Source: Calcarisporiella thermophila CBS 279.70 (taxonomy: Eukaryota; Fungi; Calcarisporiellomycota). From it: a DNA stretch of 64,000 nt. The DNA lies in assembly GCF_041956535.1 (NCBI RefSeq), contig NW_027192191.1, forward strand, positions 309,267-373,266, in the 5' to 3' direction. A program made the position numbers and the translations under genes. The notes under the pieces are model-generated. The model saw nothing but the letters and a program-made list of their open reading frames with translations, was not told the origin of the DNA and searched no databases. Positions 59,741 through 64,000 of this stretch are shown here, piece after piece; positions within the stretch are counted from its first letter, which is position 1, and every line of letters starts with the position of its first letter.

Positions 59741-60772
59741 GTTGTACCCAGATAAATATAATGATTTATTTGTGTTGACTTGAACCTCAACGGACGATCA
59801 ATGAACATTTGATATTTCTCCAAAATAACAATAAATGAGCACCCTTCTTACCATTGTTCACTGGGTTGCGCAGCTCCCTAGAACCCTCCTGTTGAGGGAG
59901 CATCGCTAAACTTACTTGACAAATAAGCATAACTGCGAGGAAATTGAACCTTAAACCTCACATGACAAGCGTCTGAGGGATGGCAATGCAAACCTAACCA
60001 TCCCTCCTCGCTGGTGACGCAACCCAACCTTAATATGAGCACGGGGGCTTCCAGGGAAGGCCTGCGAGCCTAACATGCAAAGGAGCTGACAGAGCTCCAT
60101 AAATCGCATAAGACAGCCGAGTCTAAAGCTTGTGTCGATCCGCCTGGCGCTTATGCCTTGTGCGACGGAGCCGACGGGCGGGCTCGCCATACTTGCTTGG
60201 CCCAATTGGGGCCTGTCATCTCATCAGCACAGGGAGGCGCATCCGCGAGAATCCTGCGGTCGATATTCACCCGTATATTGGCGTATATTGGCCCCCTCTC
60301 ACCAGCTCCCCCTCATTAGCAGGTAGATTAACATTTCAGCCACCAGGGAGGGACAGGCATTAGGTTCTTCCTCTCCAGCAGGCCCTTCCATGCGACGCCC
60401 AGGGGCACGCATGACCCTGTGAAGATGCCAGCTCCGCGGATCCCGTCCGCTTCCCACGCGGCCCGCCGCCATAGCGCTGCCAGCCTGAGCCGCGCCATGC
60501 AAGCGCCGGTATTGCGCTTCACGCATTGCAGCTTAACGATCCCAGGGGCTGGCCCTGCCTTGGCCCCATCGTGAGCCATTTGGCAACCCCCAAATTTGGG
60601 TACCCGCCATTTGCCGAGGTAGCCTGTTGTCTTGGAAGTCCTCTCTCGAGCCTACTTTAATTCTTTCCTTTTTCTTTCGGGGCGGGCGGGAGGGGGGAGG
60701 ATAAACTATTTCTCCCAGCCCCGCCCACCATTCCCCTTTGGCCGCGGGCGGGCGGAGTGTGCGGGTGCTCGC

Positions 60773-60807
60773 CGGCCAAGACGGCCAAGACGGCCAAGAC
60801 GGCCAAG
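60773..60807 (+). repeat. 9-bp tandem repeat (CGGCCAAGA)x~4
   Basis: cggccaaga cggccaaga cggccaaga cggccaag. Confidence 0.9.
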
Positions 60808-61579
60808 CGGCAGCCGCAAGCGCGGCCCTGCCGTCGCGACCGCAGCGAGCGAGAGCGGGCGGGGGGCGGTGCAGCGCGCGGGTGGAGAAAACGGGCAAAT
60901 AGGATTAGTAACTCGGATTCCCGCCCTGGCCTCTGATGATCGGAGGCTTTTTGTGCACTTACGTCGCGGCCCAATCCACTGGGCGGACTTTGGTTTCACA
61001 AGCGGATGCAAAGTGGTTTCAGTTATATTACTGATCGCAATTGTTTGTTACGAGGGCGAAGGGCGGGAGCTTTCGTCACGGGCTGCAGCTGCTGAAACCC
61101 ACCCCCAGAGCGTGCCCCGCCTCCCCCCCTTTTTCGAGAGGCGTGGGCCCAAGCGCTTGCGCTGAGTGCGGGGGGCGGCCGGCGGGCCTTGCCAGTGTGC
61201 TCGGCCGGCGTCTGGCCCATGCAGCCGCCCCGCGGCTGGCCGCGAACCCTCAATGCAGCCCAGGGCTGCATATGGGCCTGCGGCCGGAGCCAAAAGGCTA
61301 ACCGTGCCGGCATCGAATCAGCAGGGCCGGCCGCGGGAGGGGCAGCGGCTCCCCATTAGTCCAAGCAGGCTCAGGTCGCCAATGGGCTCGGTCGCACAAT
61401 CAAAGACCCTTGTCCTAGGCTCGACTGGAAGAACACAAGGCCGAGGCCTCTGTTTGGAACAGAGCAAGCGCGGTGATTGGCGCATGCATTTCCACAACAA
61501 GAGGGAAAAAAGTTTGAGGTGAGAATGCAGGGCCCTCCCGTTTCTCTCCAGCTTCCTCCTCTTTTCTCCCACCACCGTT

Positions 61580-63580
61580 ATGGGCCTCCGGCGCAAGAAA
61601 GCAGCTGCCCCCCCGCACCCCCTCCCGCACCCCCTCCAGGCTCCCCCGCGTGTCAGCAGCGACGCCGCCAGCGACGAGAAAACCCAAGTCAGCCACTTCA
61701 CCGACCGGTCGTCCGAGGACGGCGCAGACTCCTCCCGGCCCTCAACCCCGCTTGAGAAATCCTCCTCCGTCACCCTGACCCGGCCAACCCTGGCCGCCTC
61801 CTCCTCCTCCTCCTCCACCTCCATCACCCCGGACTCCACGGCCACCGCCCTCTCCACTACCCTCCCCATGCCTCCCCCCCTCAAATACCACAGCGGCTTC
61901 TCCCGCCTCCCCACCGACCGCACCGACGAGGACAGCGTCGAATGGGACGAGACCCTCCCTGATGACGTCGCTTCCACCCTCCCGCCAAAAGACTCCTTCC
62001 ATTTGGTGTATTGGATCTTTGTGCTGCATGGCATCTCGATGCTGCTCCCATGGAATGGTAATTCCCACCTCCCCCCACCCCCCCTCTGGAGATCTCCTTG
62101 CTAATGCCCTCTCTTTTCCCTTTCTTTCCCCCCCAACCCTCCTCGCTAGTCTTCATCACAGCCTCCGATTTCTTTTCCCGCAGATTCGCCGGCACACCCT
62201 ATGCCGACAGCTTTCAAAATTACTTCTCTATCTGCTATAATGTCCCAAATCTAGTGTTTCTGATCCTTGCCCTCATGTCAAAAAAGCTGGTACGCTCTCT
62301 CTTTCTTTTTCCTCTGTTTTGCCTCCATGCATTGGGATTGAGGATAACTTCTTTCCCTCTCTTTTCCTCCGCCAGTCCTTCTCTTGGCGCATCAAGATCG
62401 CCATCGTTGCCAACGTGATCGTTATGCTGCTGCTTGCGCTCTCCGCCATGACCGCCGCTCTGGGCACTGGCGAAGTGTACTTCAAGGTGATCCTCACGCT
62501 GGTCGCCATCATGGGCGCCTCCGCCGCTCTGTATCAGAATGGCATCTTTTCCCTGGTCTCTCAGTTCCCCGCGATCTACATGCAGGCCGTTATGAGGTAG
62601 GAGGGCATTCCCCGGCTTATCCATCCGTGGATCACGGGCCTTGCGCGAATTCGGTGCTTATCTGCTTTTCGTTTTTTTTTTCCTCCCTCCTCTCTAGTGG
62701 GCAAGGTATCGGAGGCGTGTCCGTAGCCCTTGCGCAGATCTTGACCACCGTCACCGTCGGCTCCGGCATCAACGTATCCCTTGGTGACGTGCAACTGAGC
62801 GCATTCCGCTACTTCATATTTGCCTTCTCCATCTCGTTCACATCCTTTGTGGGGAACTTCGTCCTGCTCAAGCTCCCCGTCTACAAGGTAACTCCTCCCC
62901 CCTCTCCCTCTCCCCTCCCCTCCTGCTAATGCTCATGCTCCGTGTCGTCCTAGTATTATACAACGTACAGCGAAGCCGACTCCTCCGTCTTCTCCACCTC
63001 CGAGACGGTGCTGGACGGCATCTCCCAGCAAAAGCCCACGATCCGCCAGGTCCTGCCCAAGATCGTGAAGCCCGCCTTCTCCGTCACCTACGTCTTCCTT
63101 ATCACCCTCGCCCTCTTCCCCTCCATCACCTCCCTCATCCACTCGGTGACCCCCACCAAGTCGCGCTTCTTCGCCAACGATGTCTTCGTCGGGTTCCACT
63201 TCCTGCTCTTCAACATCGGGGACATCGTGGGCAGGGTCATGCCCGGGTTCCGGCTCCTGCAGCTGACCAACGGCAACATGCTTGTGTGGGGCTCCCTCTT
63301 GCGTACCGCGTTTATACCTCTCTTCCTGATTTGTAACGTGGATGTCACCCCTCGGCGCGTGCAAACCCTTATCACCAACGATGGGCTCTATTTCTTCATC
63401 ATGTTTTTGTTCTCCGTGTCCAACGGCTACCTCGGCTCGCTTTCCATGATGGCCGCCCCTCAGGTCCGTGGAATCCGGCAGGGCGAGAAGGACTTGGTGG
63501 GGAGTTTGATGGCGGTGTTTCTGACCGCCGGCCTGGTGCTGGGGTCTGTGTTTTCCTTCCCGCTGCGGATGGCCGCTTAA
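61580..63580 (+). CDS. Equilibrative nucleoside transporter (ENT/Fun26-like)
   Basis: GISMLLPWN-VFITA..F, QAVM-SGQGIGG, ITLALFPSIT, FNIGDIVGR, SNGYLGSLSMM.AP, GLVLGS. Confidence 0.93.
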
Positions 63581-64000
63581 ATGCAGCTCGAGTACCCCCC
63601 CCCCCCTCCCCTCCATCTCTCGTGGGTATGCATGTGTGTGTGCGTGTGTTGTATTCGTTATGGACTCGCTTATCTCGTAGCTTCAAATACACTTGTTTTA
63701 ATAACTGTTTTCTCTTTTTTTTTTCCTACTTTTTTCTTCTATTTCCTCCCATTCCATCTCTGCTTTTAACCTCTGTACATTAATAAATACATCATGGATA
63801 CTTTGCCTCTATTGCTCGCGAGGATCCGAAACCGATCTGGAAAACAAAACGGTCGATTGTCTCTTCTAGGAAAATGCCCACCAGTTTCCCCAATGGGTCG
63901 ATCTTCATAAAGGGGAATCAAAAGGGGGAAGGTGGGGGTTTCATAGCGGCAATTCCTTATGGAAATACCAGGAATGCAAACCTCATGGAAATGGCCCTAA

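Overview
Gene-dense eukaryotic DNA with about 29 spliced or intronless protein-coding genes and short GT-AG introns with CTRAY-like branch points. It is from a fungus, most likely an early-diverging (non-Dikarya, Mucoromycota-like) lineage. This is inferred from a SANT-bearing zuotin, a CCDC77 ortholog and fungal-type Crz1, Pom1 and Sky1 proteins; the species cannot be determined. Most genes are housekeeping (RRF1, RPL30, RPL39, SKY1/SRPK, ADE13, PRE8, ZUO1, RSM24, DCN1, CDC48, CDC50, ISU1, DCS1, RPS27, ENT). No tRNA, rRNA, transposon or CRISPR array was recognised. The most notable items are: a centriolar CCDC77 ortholog with MCB/SCB-like boxes in its promoter; a homeodomain protein ending in the Groucho-type WRPW motif; an orphan with a tandem PAH/HHD-like repeat; an orphan 7-TM receptor head-to-head with a secreted flavin oxidase; a 12-nt microexon carrying the DHHC catalytic Cys; a probable unannotated spliced transcript; a GCCAAG tandem array; and an AT-rich to GC-rich compositional shift. 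Gene models were spliced by eye and family calls come from recalled motifs, not database searches.
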